A DNA stretch of 64,000 nucleotides from Longimicrobiales bacterium (GTDB lineage Bacteria > Gemmatimonadota > Gemmatimonadetes > Longimicrobiales > Gaopeijiaceae). Positions within the stretch are counted from its first letter, which is position 1, and the number at the start of each line of letters is the position of its first letter. Shown one piece after another: positions 54,351-62,654 of the stretch. Under the pieces are notes generated by a model, which saw only the letters and a list, made by a program, of their open reading frames with translations, ran no database searches and was not told the origin of the DNA. Made by a program: the position numbers and the translations under genes. The stretch is from the NCBI GenBank assembly GCA_035477395.1, contig DATIKQ010000033.1:5862-69861 (forward strand), read 5' to 3'.

Positions 54351-55418
54351 TCAGCCTCCCAGGAACTCGCTGAAGTACTCCTCGACGCCGACGAGCCGAT
54401 CCGTCATCCCGTCGTCGAAGGCCGACTTCAGGAAGGTCTCCAGAGCGTGGCGGTTCGGCTCCAGGCCGTGCTGGTGGAAGTCGGATCCGAGGAAGCGCAC
54501 CGTATCCTCCAGGTCCGCCATCTCCCAGGGCGTGCCGTAGGGAAAGAGCGTCCGCGCCGCCATGAACGCGCGCTCGCACTCCTGGAACGTCTCCACGAGC
54601 CTCGCGCCCAGCCCCGGCGTATTCTCCAGGATCCCCTTGCGCAGCACCAGCGTGTGCTGCGGCGGATAGCATGCGGTATCGCGGAAGTACTGCTTCTCGA
54701 CCGTGCGGAAGTCCGGCACGACGCGAACGATCGGTCCGCGCTCGGGATCGTGCCGGCGGGGGACTCCGGGCGCGAAGTAGGCGTCGAGCTCGCCCGCGAT
54801 CAACATGTCGCTCATCGTCCGGCCGCGCGGGGCGTGGGTCACGTGCGGAGGGTACGGCACCAGCGAGGCCGCTTCGTTCGGGGTGTCCGCGCCGCCCACC
54901 ACCCACCGGATGGCCTTGGGATCCTGCCCGAGCCAGCGAACGAAGTGGCGATACCAGACCGCGCCGCTCGCCGCCCAGTTGTAGATGCCGATGCGGTGCC
55001 CGTTCAGGTTGCCCGGCGAGAGCTCGGCACCCTTGCGCGTGTACAGGTCGCGCGCGGTGAAGTTGCGGAGCAGGAAGACCGGCACGGCCGCGAGGGAGTC
55101 GTCGCCCTCGGCCACCTTCAGGAGGTGACCCAACATGGACCGCTCGCCCCCGTGCAGCGCGGGGTCGGTCTGCGCCCGCGCGAGCATCTCGCTTCGCGGC
55201 CCCCGCACCCAGGTGAGCTTCGGGTCCGACATGGACACGTCGCCCGAGATGAGCGGCGCGTACCGCTCGTATGGGGTGATGGCGAGCGCTAGACCATCCT
55301 CCCTCTCGCGTGCCACCCGAGGTGCCGTGGGCCCGGCGAACGCCGTGTCGGCCATCAGCCCGGCTCCGGCCACGGACCCGGAAACCCTCAGGAACCGCCT
55401 CCTCGAAACCGGTCGCAT
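54351..55418 (-). CDS. Tat-signal periplasmic-binding-fold protein (NMT1/SsuA-like; family often annotated 4,5-dihydroxyphthalate decarboxylase)
   Basis: MRPVSRRRFLRVSGSVAGAGLMA twin-arginine leader. AVPVFLLRNFTARDLY...LNGHRIGIYNWAASGAVWYRHFV block. Its stop is 4 nt before the Memo-AMMECR1 start. Confidence 0.55.
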   Translation of the reverse strand: MRPVSRRRFLRVSGSVAGAGLMADTAFAGPTAPRVAREREDGLALAITPYERYAPLISGDVSMSDPKLTWVRGPRSEMLARAQTDPALHGGERSMLGHLLKVAEGDDSLAAVPVFLLRNFTARDLYTRKGAELSPGNLNGHRIGIYNWAASGAVWYRHFVRWLGQDPKAIRWVVGGADTPNEAASLVPYPPHVTHAPRGRTMSDMLIAGELDAYFAPGVPRRHDPERGPIVRVVPDFRTVEKQYFRDTACYPPQHTLVLRKGILENTPGLGARLVETFQECERAFMAARTLFPYGTPWEMADLEDTVRFLGSDFHQHGLEPNRHALETFLKSAFDDGMTDRLVGVEEYFSEFLGG

Positions 55419-55580
55419 GGTCCCTCCCGGGAACGCGTTGGGCAGGCCCCTCATACTCCCCTGGGAGCCCCGGCCGTGCAACCCCGGCGGGGATCGGGGC
55501 CGGTGCGGGCCCAGGCTCGACAGACGGACCCCCGCCTCCCACGTTGTGGCAATGCACCGACCACTCCATGGAGACCCCGC

Positions 55581-55976
55581 ATGAGCAGCCCCACCCATCT
55601 CCCTGTCCAGGCTTCAGGCCTTCCCAAGCCCATCGGCCCCTACTCCCCCGCCATGGCACTCGATCGCCTGATCCTCGTGTCGGGCCAGGGCGCCACCGAC
55701 CCGGCCACCGGAGCCATCGCCGGGCTCGACGTGGAGACGCAGACCGAGCAGGTCTTCCGCAACATGGGCGCGATCCTCCAGGCGGCCGGGAGTGATCTCC
55801 AGCACGTGCTGCGGTGCGGCGTATTCCTCGTGGACATGCGGGACTTCGAGAGGATGAACGCCGTCTACGCCAAGGTCTTCGGGGAGCACAGGCCGGCGCG
55901 CACCACCGTCCAGGTGGCGGCGCTCCCGGATCCGAGGCTCCGGGTGGAGATCGACGCCATCGCGTACCGGCCCTAG
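55581..55976 (+). CDS. RidA/YjgF-family reactive-intermediate deaminase
   Basis: PKPIGPYSPA...LVSGQ...TEQVFRNMGAILQAAG...VFLVDMRDF..MN.VY...ARTTVQVAALP...VEIDAIA. Confidence 0.9.
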   Translation: MSSPTHLPVQASGLPKPIGPYSPAMALDRLILVSGQGATDPATGAIAGLDVETQTEQVFRNMGAILQAAGSDLQHVLRCGVFLVDMRDFERMNAVYAKVFGEHRPARTTVQVAALPDPRLRVEIDAIAYRP

Positions 55977-56033
55977 TTCGCTAAGAGCAAGTCCGACCTG
56001 CATTTACGGGCACGAGTCCCGTCCGCGCGACCT

Positions 56034-56798
56034 TCACCCTGGGCGGCGGACGACGAAGAACTCGTAGGCGTAGTACTCCGAGTGCAGGCGGTGGATCTCG
56101 GGCTCCCGCGCCAGCCGATCGAGGATGGCCAACGCCTCCGCGTCGGCGGCGTACTTCCCTCGAAGCTCCCCGATACGCTTCGTCATCGGCGTGTAGAAAT
56201 CACCCCACCAGGCTTCGTCGGTCAGGGTGAAGTGGCCAACCAACGAGAAGCCGCAGATCCGGATCGACGCCAGGACGTCGGGGACCCACCCCATCGTCGG
56301 GTAGTCCACGTCGAAGCTCGCCTTCACCTCCGGCGGCGGGCCCTCCTTCCGCCAGACCGCTTCGGTGAACGCGAGGTGACCGCCCGGCCGCAGCAGCCCG
56401 CGGCAGATCCCCAGGGCGTTGTCGATGCCGACGTTGTAGAGCGCTCCCTCGGACCACACCAGATCGAAGCTCGCGGGCGGCAGCTCCAGGTTGGACATGT
56501 CGCCGACGACGGCGCGGATGCGGCTGCCCAGCCCGCGCTCCTCCACCGTCGAGCGAAGCCGCCGGATGCTCGGGGCGTGCCTGTCCACAGCGATGATGGG
56601 GCCCGAGGTGAACTCGGCCAGATGAAGCGTCTGGGCACCGGTGCCGCAGCCCAGGTCGAGCACCGCAGGGTCCGCCGGCAGGTCCCGGCACAGCTCGAAG
56701 GCCCTCGCCGCGCAGGCACGGCTTCCCGGACCTTGCCGGGGCAGCGCCCCGAAGAGCTCCAGGAGGATGTCCCAGAAGCGCGGATCGGGTCCGTTCAT
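56034..56798 (-). CDS. Class I SAM-dependent methyltransferase
   Basis: Motif I VLDLGCGTGAQT, and post-I/II DLVWSEGALYN. Last gene of the lipid operon. Confidence 0.8.
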   Translation of the reverse strand: MNGPDPRFWDILLELFGALPRQGPGSRACAARAFELCRDLPADPAVLDLGCGTGAQTLHLAEFTSGPIIAVDRHAPSIRRLRSTVEERGLGSRIRAVVGDMSNLELPPASFDLVWSEGALYNVGIDNALGICRGLLRPGGHLAFTEAVWRKEGPPPEVKASFDVDYPTMGWVPDVLASIRICGFSLVGHFTLTDEAWWGDFYTPMTKRIGELRGKYAADAEALAILDRLAREPEIHRLHSEYYAYEFFVVRRPG

Positions 56799-56802
56799 GC
56801 CC

Positions 56803-57312
56803 CTAACCCTCCCGGTTGGCCCGCCGCCGGACCATGAGCACGTGGCGGCCGGCCGGGACGTCGTCGAACTCCCGGTCCTTCCGGAAGCCGGCCTTGGCGA
56901 AGGCGCTCTGCGAGGCCTGGTTCTCGACCGACGCCGCCGCGATGACGAAGGGCACCGCGGGATCGGCCAGGGCCGACTCCGCGACCAGCGAGATCGCGCA
57001 GGGTCCCACGCCCCTGCCGGTGTCGGACACCTCGCCGATCAGGATGTCGATGTCGATGACGCTCTCGGGAATGTCGTGGAGTCCGGCCTCGTCGAGCTCC
57101 TGGCGCGTGGGGTGCTGCCACAGCACGACCCCCACCTTGCGGCCGTCGGCTTCGATGATCGCGCGCCGGGTCCCGGCAGGCGGCTCCCGCAACAGGCGTG
57201 CGTTTCCCTCGGGCTCGCCCCAGAAACGCCGGACATGGTCCGCGCGCAGCCACCGCTCGATGAGGCAAAGGTCACCGGCCCCCACCTCGGTCAAGCACAC
57301 CGATAAGATCAA
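56803..57312 (-). CDS. GNAT-family N-acyltransferase (Acetyltransf_8-like)
   Basis: LIERWLRADHVRRFWG N-terminal motif. IDILIGE...GRGVG...N.AS..AFAKAGF core. TTG 57312 lies 1 nt after the upstream TGA. Confidence 0.7.
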   Translation of the reverse strand: MILSVCLTEVGAGDLCLIERWLRADHVRRFWGEPEGNARLLREPPAGTRRAIIEADGRKVGVVLWQHPTRQELDEAGLHDIPESVIDIDILIGEVSDTGRGVGPCAISLVAESALADPAVPFVIAAASVENQASQSAFAKAGFRKDREFDDVPAGRHVLMVRRRANREG

Positions 57313-57313
57313 G

Positions 57314-58060
57314 TCAGACCTTGACTTGCGGCAGTCTGGCCGCGATCCACCACGTCCGGTACACCGCGGTTCCCAGCGTTCCCAGGGCCACGATCCCCAG
57401 GACCACGGCCAGGATCGCGCCCTGTTCCCGCCCCACCCAGGTCGAGACGGCCGGATCGAGGATGGCGCCGAACCCGAGCAGCAGGAGCCGCTCCGCCCGC
57501 TGCATGATGCCCACCTTGCAGACCACCCCCACACTCTCCCCTCGGGCACGGGCATAGCTCACGAGCAGGGAGCCTCCGAGGGCGGTCACCACCAGGACCA
57601 GCACCAGCGCCGACTCCTGGAAGAAGACCGCCAGCCCCACGAACGCGGCGAACTCGGCGAAGCGGTCCAGCGTCGAGTCCAGGAAGGCCCCATGCTCGCC
57701 GGCCACCCCCAATGCCCGCGCGAGGCGGCCGTCCACCACGTCCGACCAGCCCCCGAGGAGGATGGCCCATCCGGCCAGGGTCAGATGCCCCTGGGCGAAG
57801 AGCACCGCCGCCAGGACCCCGAACGCCACCCCCAGGAGGTTGAAGAAGAGAGGGCCGAGGCCGAGGGCCAGGGCCGCCCGGTCCACCGGCCCCTGGAACC
57901 AGAAGAACCAGTTCCGCAGGAATCCACCCAGGACGAACGAGCCCCGGTCCGCCACCTCGTGGGGGTCCCTCCCCCGCCGCGCCGCGCCGAGGGCGAAGAC
58001 CGGCATGGACAGGAGGGCGGCACCCAGGACCGCCAGCAGGAACGTGATCTCGGACCTCAT
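57314..58060 (-). CDS. CDP-alcohol phosphatidyltransferase-family phospholipid synthase (head-group specificity unknown)
   Basis: Signature D-x2-DG-x2-AR...G-x3-D-x3-D seen as SDVVDGRLARALGVAGEHGAFLDSTLDRF. Polytopic. ATGA overlap with the upstream gene. Confidence 0.85.
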   Translation of the reverse strand: MRSEITFLLAVLGAALLSMPVFALGAARRGRDPHEVADRGSFVLGGFLRNWFFWFQGPVDRAALALGLGPLFFNLLGVAFGVLAAVLFAQGHLTLAGWAILLGGWSDVVDGRLARALGVAGEHGAFLDSTLDRFAEFAAFVGLAVFFQESALVLVLVVTALGGSLLVSYARARGESVGVVCKVGIMQRAERLLLLGFGAILDPAVSTWVGREQGAILAVVLGIVALGTLGTAVYRTWWIAARLPQVKV

Positions 58061-59034
58061 GCGGGGCCCTCCCTGTCGGGGCGGGTGAAGAGCACTCGGA
58101 AGACGCGCGGCCACAGGAAGACCAGAGGCCACCGGCGTTCCAGCGGCGTGAGGGCGATGGTGATGCCCAGTCTCCGCTCCGCCTTGCGGTGCACATAGGG
58201 GAGCCAGTTGTCGAAGGTGACGACGTGCTTGAGCCAGCGCGCCGTGGCCCGGACCTTCGATCGGCGGAAGTGACGGTCCCACCGGCGCCGCTCCGAGGCC
58301 GGCCGGGGGGCGGCGAAGCGGTATCCGTCGGAGGCGACCACCAGGATGCCGTCTTCGGCCGCCCTCCGGAGCACCGTCTCCAGATAGCCGCGGAAGTGCT
58401 CCCGCTGCGCCTCGAAGACCGTGCTCGATCGGTCGCGGGCTTCGGGGCGCAACTCTCCCCCGTAGCAGACTTCGAGGATCCGGCGCCCCACCGCCTCGGC
58501 GTCGAAGGGCTCGTCCAGGTAGGGGCCGATCCAGGACAGGACTCCCCGGCGAGCCCCGTCCACAGCGTCCTCGAGCGCCCTGGCCTCGTCGGACCCCGCC
58601 ACCCACACCACGGCCACCTTCTGCACCAGACGTCCGAGGAGGAAGTGGTCCTTCGGGCGGGGTCCCAGAGCTGCCAGGAAGTGTTCACGGCTGACGATGA
58701 GGCACTTGGCGATCCCCTCCGAGCCCTGTCCAGGCGTGAAGGCGATGACGCTCGGAGGCAGGACCCCGGCCAACGCGGTCATCACCCGCGCCGAGCGGTG
58801 GAGCTCCCCCGCATCGCGTAGCGCCTCGTAGAACGACGGGTAATCGGAGACGACCACGACGAAGTCCAGGGCGCTGTTCTTGTCCGGCCGGGCACCGAGG
58901 AGGTGCGAGCCGTAGAGAAGGACGGCCCTGACCGTGCCCCGGCCAGCGCGGGCCAGCGCCTCGGCCATGGTCCCGGCGGAGATGATCACGGGCGTGGCTT
59001 CGGGCGCGGACGGACCGTCCACCGGTACCATCAT
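58057..59034 (-). CDS. Tam41/Mmp37-like nucleotidyltransferase (putative non-CdsA phosphatidate cytidylyltransferase)
   Basis: Blocks VLLYGSHL, LDFVVVVSDYPSFY, HFLLGRLVQKV, VCYGGELR and ...FEAQREHFRGYL parallel yeast Tam41 blocks FGYGSGVF, IDIILGV, FYLAGRLQKPV, SYAGDIR and NFERFQEYY (recalled from memory). ATGA overlaps on both sides. Confidence 0.6.
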   Translation of the reverse strand: MMVPVDGPSAPEATPVIISAGTMAEALARAGRGTVRAVLLYGSHLLGARPDKNSALDFVVVVSDYPSFYEALRDAGELHRSARVMTALAGVLPPSVIAFTPGQGSEGIAKCLIVSREHFLAALGPRPKDHFLLGRLVQKVAVVWVAGSDEARALEDAVDGARRGVLSWIGPYLDEPFDAEAVGRRILEVCYGGELRPEARDRSSTVFEAQREHFRGYLETVLRRAAEDGILVVASDGYRFAAPRPASERRRWDRHFRRSKVRATARWLKHVVTFDNWLPYVHRKAERRLGITIALTPLERRWPLVFLWPRVFRVLFTRPDREGPA

Positions 59035-59801
59035 GCGGGATCCAGCTTCCTGAGATCCGCCAGGGACTCCACCATGTGCTGGCGCATGGCCTCACCGAAG
59101 GCATCCGTATCACCGCGGGGATCCGCCCACTCGAAGGGCCCCACGAGCTTCGTCCGTCCCCGGATGTCCCCGACTCCACGGAGGAAGTCCTTCAGCTTCG
59201 CGCGCTGCCAGAACCCATCGGCAACGAGCACGTAGACGGTCCAGGGCCGCTGCTTGAGGATGAGCTTGAGGCCGGTGGGCCTGTAGCGTCCGATCTCCCC
59301 GTCCCTGCTCCGCGTTCCCTCCGGGAAGATGGCCAGCGGCACGTCCGAGGAGCGCGCCGCGTCACGGATGGAGGCGAGCATCCGCTTGGTCTCGTTGGAG
59401 TTTGCCTTGGGGTCCACCACCGGGTATTGATAGAGCCGGATCATATGCGAGATTAGCGGGATCCAGCGCTGATAACGCTTCCGGGTGACGATTTTCGGAT
59501 ACGTTCCGTGGATGGCCGAGACCACCAGGGGGATGTCCAGCACCGACTGGTGGTTCATCAGGACCAGGACCCCCTCCCGCCCCTGGATGCTCGGTACCGA
59601 TTGGACTTGGGCGCCTCCCACGAGGCGCAACGTGGCAAGGATGCCGTTCGCGAGGAAACGCTGCCACCGGCTGAAGGCCCCGATGCGGCGGGGTGGCGTG
59701 GCATGCGCCCAAGGGGCCACGAAGGCCCGCTGGATCGGATCGAGGAGCACGAGGGCCAGGAGGATGATCGACAGGGCCAGGTAGCCACGGAGCGTCTTCA
59801 A
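59031..59801 (-). CDS. plsC: 1-acyl-sn-glycerol-3-phosphate acyltransferase (PlsC family)
   Basis: NHQSVLD (HX4D) and FPEGTRSRDGE motifs. TTG 59801 gives MKTLRGYLALSIILL. The track's TTG 59918 would leave only 14 nt to the divergent gene. Confidence 0.85.
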   Translation of the reverse strand: MKTLRGYLALSIILLALVLLDPIQRAFVAPWAHATPPRRIGAFSRWQRFLANGILATLRLVGGAQVQSVPSIQGREGVLVLMNHQSVLDIPLVVSAIHGTYPKIVTRKRYQRWIPLISHMIRLYQYPVVDPKANSNETKRMLASIRDAARSSDVPLAIFPEGTRSRDGEIGRYRPTGLKLILKQRPWTVYVLVADGFWQRAKLKDFLRGVGDIRGRTKLVGPFEWADPRGDTDAFGEAMRQHMVESLADLRKLDPA

Positions 59802-59932
59802 CGGAGTTCCAGGTCGCAGGGTCCGGGCAGGGGTTCGCGGGTCGCTCGTGACCGCCAACGCTAATCGGAAGCTCCAAGGGGCATCAAGGCGGGACGTCTC
59901 AACAGGGGATTCGACCAAGGAAGGTGAGGCAT

Positions 59933-60595
59933 ATGGAGTTCACATACTACCGGTACAAGAACGTCGTTGGTGGGTACTTCGAGATGCCCACCGGTGACGC
60001 CCGTGCGCTTCTCCCGTCTCATCTGCAGCCGGTCGAGCCGCAGCACTCCCGCAGCATCTTCGCGGTGACCTGCTTCGAGTTCACCGACAGCCTGGTGGGT
60101 CCCTACAACGAGGTCGTGCTGGGCGTCGTCGTCCCCCCCCTCGTCCAACCGGGCAAGCCCTTCCCCAGGGCCGGGTTCTACCCCTTCATGGTGGGCACGT
60201 CGACCGTTGCTTCGCGCCAGCACGCCATCGAGCGGTGGCACCTGCCGCACTACATCAAGGACCTGGACATCCGCTTCACCGAGGCGGCCGGGAGGATGGA
60301 CGTCGCGGTACGGGATGACGGCGAGCCGGTCTTCGACCTGGTGGTGACGGCCCACGAGTACCACCCCATGAAGAACCTGTACAACTGCTTCATGGCGGAC
60401 GCCGACGGGCACTACAAGGCCAACATCTACATGGAGGCGGCCCACTCCGAGCACGAGAACGAGCGGGGATCCATCACGCTGCACGCCCACGCCATGACGA
60501 CGGGGCTCACGATCGAGGACGTCGCCACGTCGCCCTTCCGTGAGGAATGGTATCAGGCCGGGCTGCAGACCTTCGAGCCGCTGGAGACGCTCTGA
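59933..60595 (+). CDS. Acetoacetate-decarboxylase-like (ADC-fold) family protein
   Basis: ATG lies after AAGGAAGGTGAGG. The pattern ...ARALLPSHLQPVE...IFAVTCFEFTDSLVGPYNEVVLGVVV resembles the ADC-like family N-terminal half. Recognition is by pattern only. Confidence 0.4.
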   Translation: MEFTYYRYKNVVGGYFEMPTGDARALLPSHLQPVEPQHSRSIFAVTCFEFTDSLVGPYNEVVLGVVVPPLVQPGKPFPRAGFYPFMVGTSTVASRQHAIERWHLPHYIKDLDIRFTEAAGRMDVAVRDDGEPVFDLVVTAHEYHPMKNLYNCFMADADGHYKANIYMEAAHSEHENERGSITLHAHAMTTGLTIEDVATSPFREEWYQAGLQTFEPLETL

Positions 60596-61533
60596 AGGAC
60601 CGGAGGGTCTTCGTCATCTTCAACCCCGCTTCCGGACGGGGGCGGGGCGCACGTCGCCTCGCCAGCTATCGGTCGCTGCTGGAGGAGCACCTCCCCGGTG
60701 TCGAGATCGGCACAACCAGCCGCCCCGGCGAGGAGCGGGGGCTCGCGGAGCGGGGGCTGGATGCCGGAGCCGACGTGATCGTTGCGGTGGGAGGCGACGG
60801 CACGTGGAGCAACGTCGCCGACCGCGTCGTCGCTTCCGGCCGCTCCGACGTCTCGTTCGGGATCCTCCCCAATGGGACCGGTAACGACTTCGGCCGCAAT
60901 CTGGGCTTCGACCCGGCGAACGCTCGCGAGGCCGTCCGGGTCCTGGCCACTGGGCACACCCGGCTCGTGGACGTCGGCCGCCTGGACACGCCGAGCGCCT
61001 CCGAGCACACGCCGGACCGCGTGGAGTCCCGCCATTTCCTGAACCTGGTGGGCTTCGGCTTCGATGTGGCCGTCATCGACGCTGCGGCCCGGGCGCGCTT
61101 CCTCAGGGGCGAGCTGCTCTACAAGGTGACCGCGCTGCAGCAACTCTTCCGCTTTCTCGGCACGCGCATCGGCGTCCAGACCGCCGGTGGCGACGTAAGG
61201 GACGGGCGCCACCTCATGCTGACGGTCTCCAACGGGCGTTACTTCGGCGGCGGCTTCCCCATCGCGCCTGCGGCGACGCCGTTCGACGGGCGGCTGCACG
61301 CATGCCGCATCATGGACGCGCCACCCCTCGGCCGCCTCAACCTCTTCAACCTTGCCGAGACGGGCCGCCACGTGACGTCGGAGCGCGTGGAGATTCTCGA
61401 CGCCGAGAGCTTCCGCCTCTCGTTCGACGCTCCGCCGCGCTTCGAGATGGACGGGGACGTCCGGCAGGCGTCGGCCCCCGTCCTTGAAGTCCGGATCCTC
61501 CCCGCGGCGCTCAGGGTCGTCGTGCCCGCCTGA
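60547..61533 (+). CDS. Diacylglycerol/lipid kinase catalytic-domain protein (YegS/BmrU-like)
   Basis: VFVIFNPASGRGRG and VIVAVGGDGTWSNV (GGDGT). ATG 60547 overlaps the upstream gene by 49 nt, and I saw no canonical alternative start. Confidence 0.8.
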   Translation: MVSGRAADLRAAGDALKDRRVFVIFNPASGRGRGARRLASYRSLLEEHLPGVEIGTTSRPGEERGLAERGLDAGADVIVAVGGDGTWSNVADRVVASGRSDVSFGILPNGTGNDFGRNLGFDPANAREAVRVLATGHTRLVDVGRLDTPSASEHTPDRVESRHFLNLVGFGFDVAVIDAAARARFLRGELLYKVTALQQLFRFLGTRIGVQTAGGDVRDGRHLMLTVSNGRYFGGGFPIAPAATPFDGRLHACRIMDAPPLGRLNLFNLAETGRHVTSERVEILDAESFRLSFDAPPRFEMDGDVRQASAPVLEVRILPAALRVVVPA

Positions 61534-61606
61534 GCTCGGCACCATCGGAGGCGCGGGCGCCGAAGGCCCGACCGGTGGCTCAGGCGCTCTCTGTGATATA
61601 GAGTAC

Positions 61607-61636
61607 TTGACGTCCTGGTGCGCTCCACTGTAGAAT
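61607..61636 (+). promoter_or_regulatory. Sigma70-type promoter giving a probably leaderless mRNA
   Basis: TTGACG - 18 nt - TAGAAT. The -10 element ends 6 nt before ATG 61643, and there is no SD. Confidence 0.55.
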
Positions 61637-61642
61637 CCCCCC

Positions 61643-62260
61643 ATGACGCTTCCCTCGCCCCGACTCCGCACCCCGAACCGCCCCCCGGTGGCCCTCCACG
61701 ACCGGGCCATGGACAACCTCCGCTACATCCGGGAGACGATGGAGCGCTCCCAGTCCTTCACTGCGGTTCCCGGGCTGGGCGGCGTACTCATGGGACTCAT
61801 CGCTCTCGGCGCGTCGCTGGTGGCCGTCCGGGCGCCATCGACGCTGGCCTGGGTGACCGTCTGGATGGGCGCCGCCGTCGTATCGTTCGGCGTGGCCGTG
61901 GTCGCCATGAGCCGCAAGGCTCGCTCGGCAGGAGGGAAGCTCCTCGAGGGCGCGGGTTGGAAGTTCACCTGGAACCTGACGCCGCCGCTCCTGGTGGGCG
62001 CGTTGCTGACGCTCGCGCTCACCCGCGCGGGCGCGACGCAGCTCCTCCCCGGGGCCTGGCTGCTCCTCTACGGAACCGGCGTCGTGACCGGTGGGGCGTT
62101 CTCGGTACGGGTGGTGCCCCTGATGGGCTTTGCGTTCATGCTCTCCGGAGCCGCGGCGCTCTTCGTGCCCCCAGGGTGGGAGAACGTGATCATGGCCGCC
62201 GGGTTCGGCGGCCTGCACATCGTGTTCGGCATCGTGATCTGGAGGCGGCATGGCGGCTAA
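61643..62260 (+). CDS. Polytopic membrane protein, unknown function, paired with wHTH regulator
   Basis: 205 aa with about 6 TM helices. Overlaps the downstream regulator by 11 nt. Confidence 0.6.
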   Translation: MTLPSPRLRTPNRPPVALHDRAMDNLRYIRETMERSQSFTAVPGLGGVLMGLIALGASLVAVRAPSTLAWVTVWMGAAVVSFGVAVVAMSRKARSAGGKLLEGAGWKFTWNLTPPLLVGALLTLALTRAGATQLLPGAWLLLYGTGVVTGGAFSVRVVPLMGFAFMLSGAAALFVPPGWENVIMAAGFGGLHIVFGIVIWRRHGG

Positions 62261-62654
62261 GCGGGAGTCGGTGGCCCGGAGCGAGGTCGAGGTGAGCCGC
62301 TCTCCGGCCCCCCTGGGGAGCATCACCGGGCAGGGTGCCGAGGCGGGCCCGTTGGAGCTGGATCGCCTCATCCACGAGCGGGTCCGTCTCGGAATCGTCA
62401 GCGCGCTGGCAGTCAATGGTCTCATGCCCTTCACAGACCTGCGGAACCTCCTCGGCACCACGGACGGGAACCTCAGCGCCCATGCCCGCCGTCTCGAGGA
62501 TGCCGGCTACGTGCTTTGCCACAAGTCCTTCGAGGGCCGGACCCCCCGTACGGATTTCGAGCTGACGCCCCGGGGTCGAAAGGCGCTGCGCGCCTATCTG
62601 GATCACATGGAAGCCATCATCCGCGCCACGCGTGACCGGGAGGCCGGTTCATGA
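62250..62654 (+). CDS. Winged-helix (HTH_34-like) transcriptional regulator
   Basis: [77 protein letters not shown]. Confidence 0.75.
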   Translation: MAAKRESVARSEVEVSRSPAPLGSITGQGAEAGPLELDRLIHERVRLGIVSALAVNGLMPFTDLRNLLGTTDGNLSAHARRLEDAGYVLCHKSFEGRTPRTDFELTPRGRKALRAYLDHMEAIIRATRDREAGS

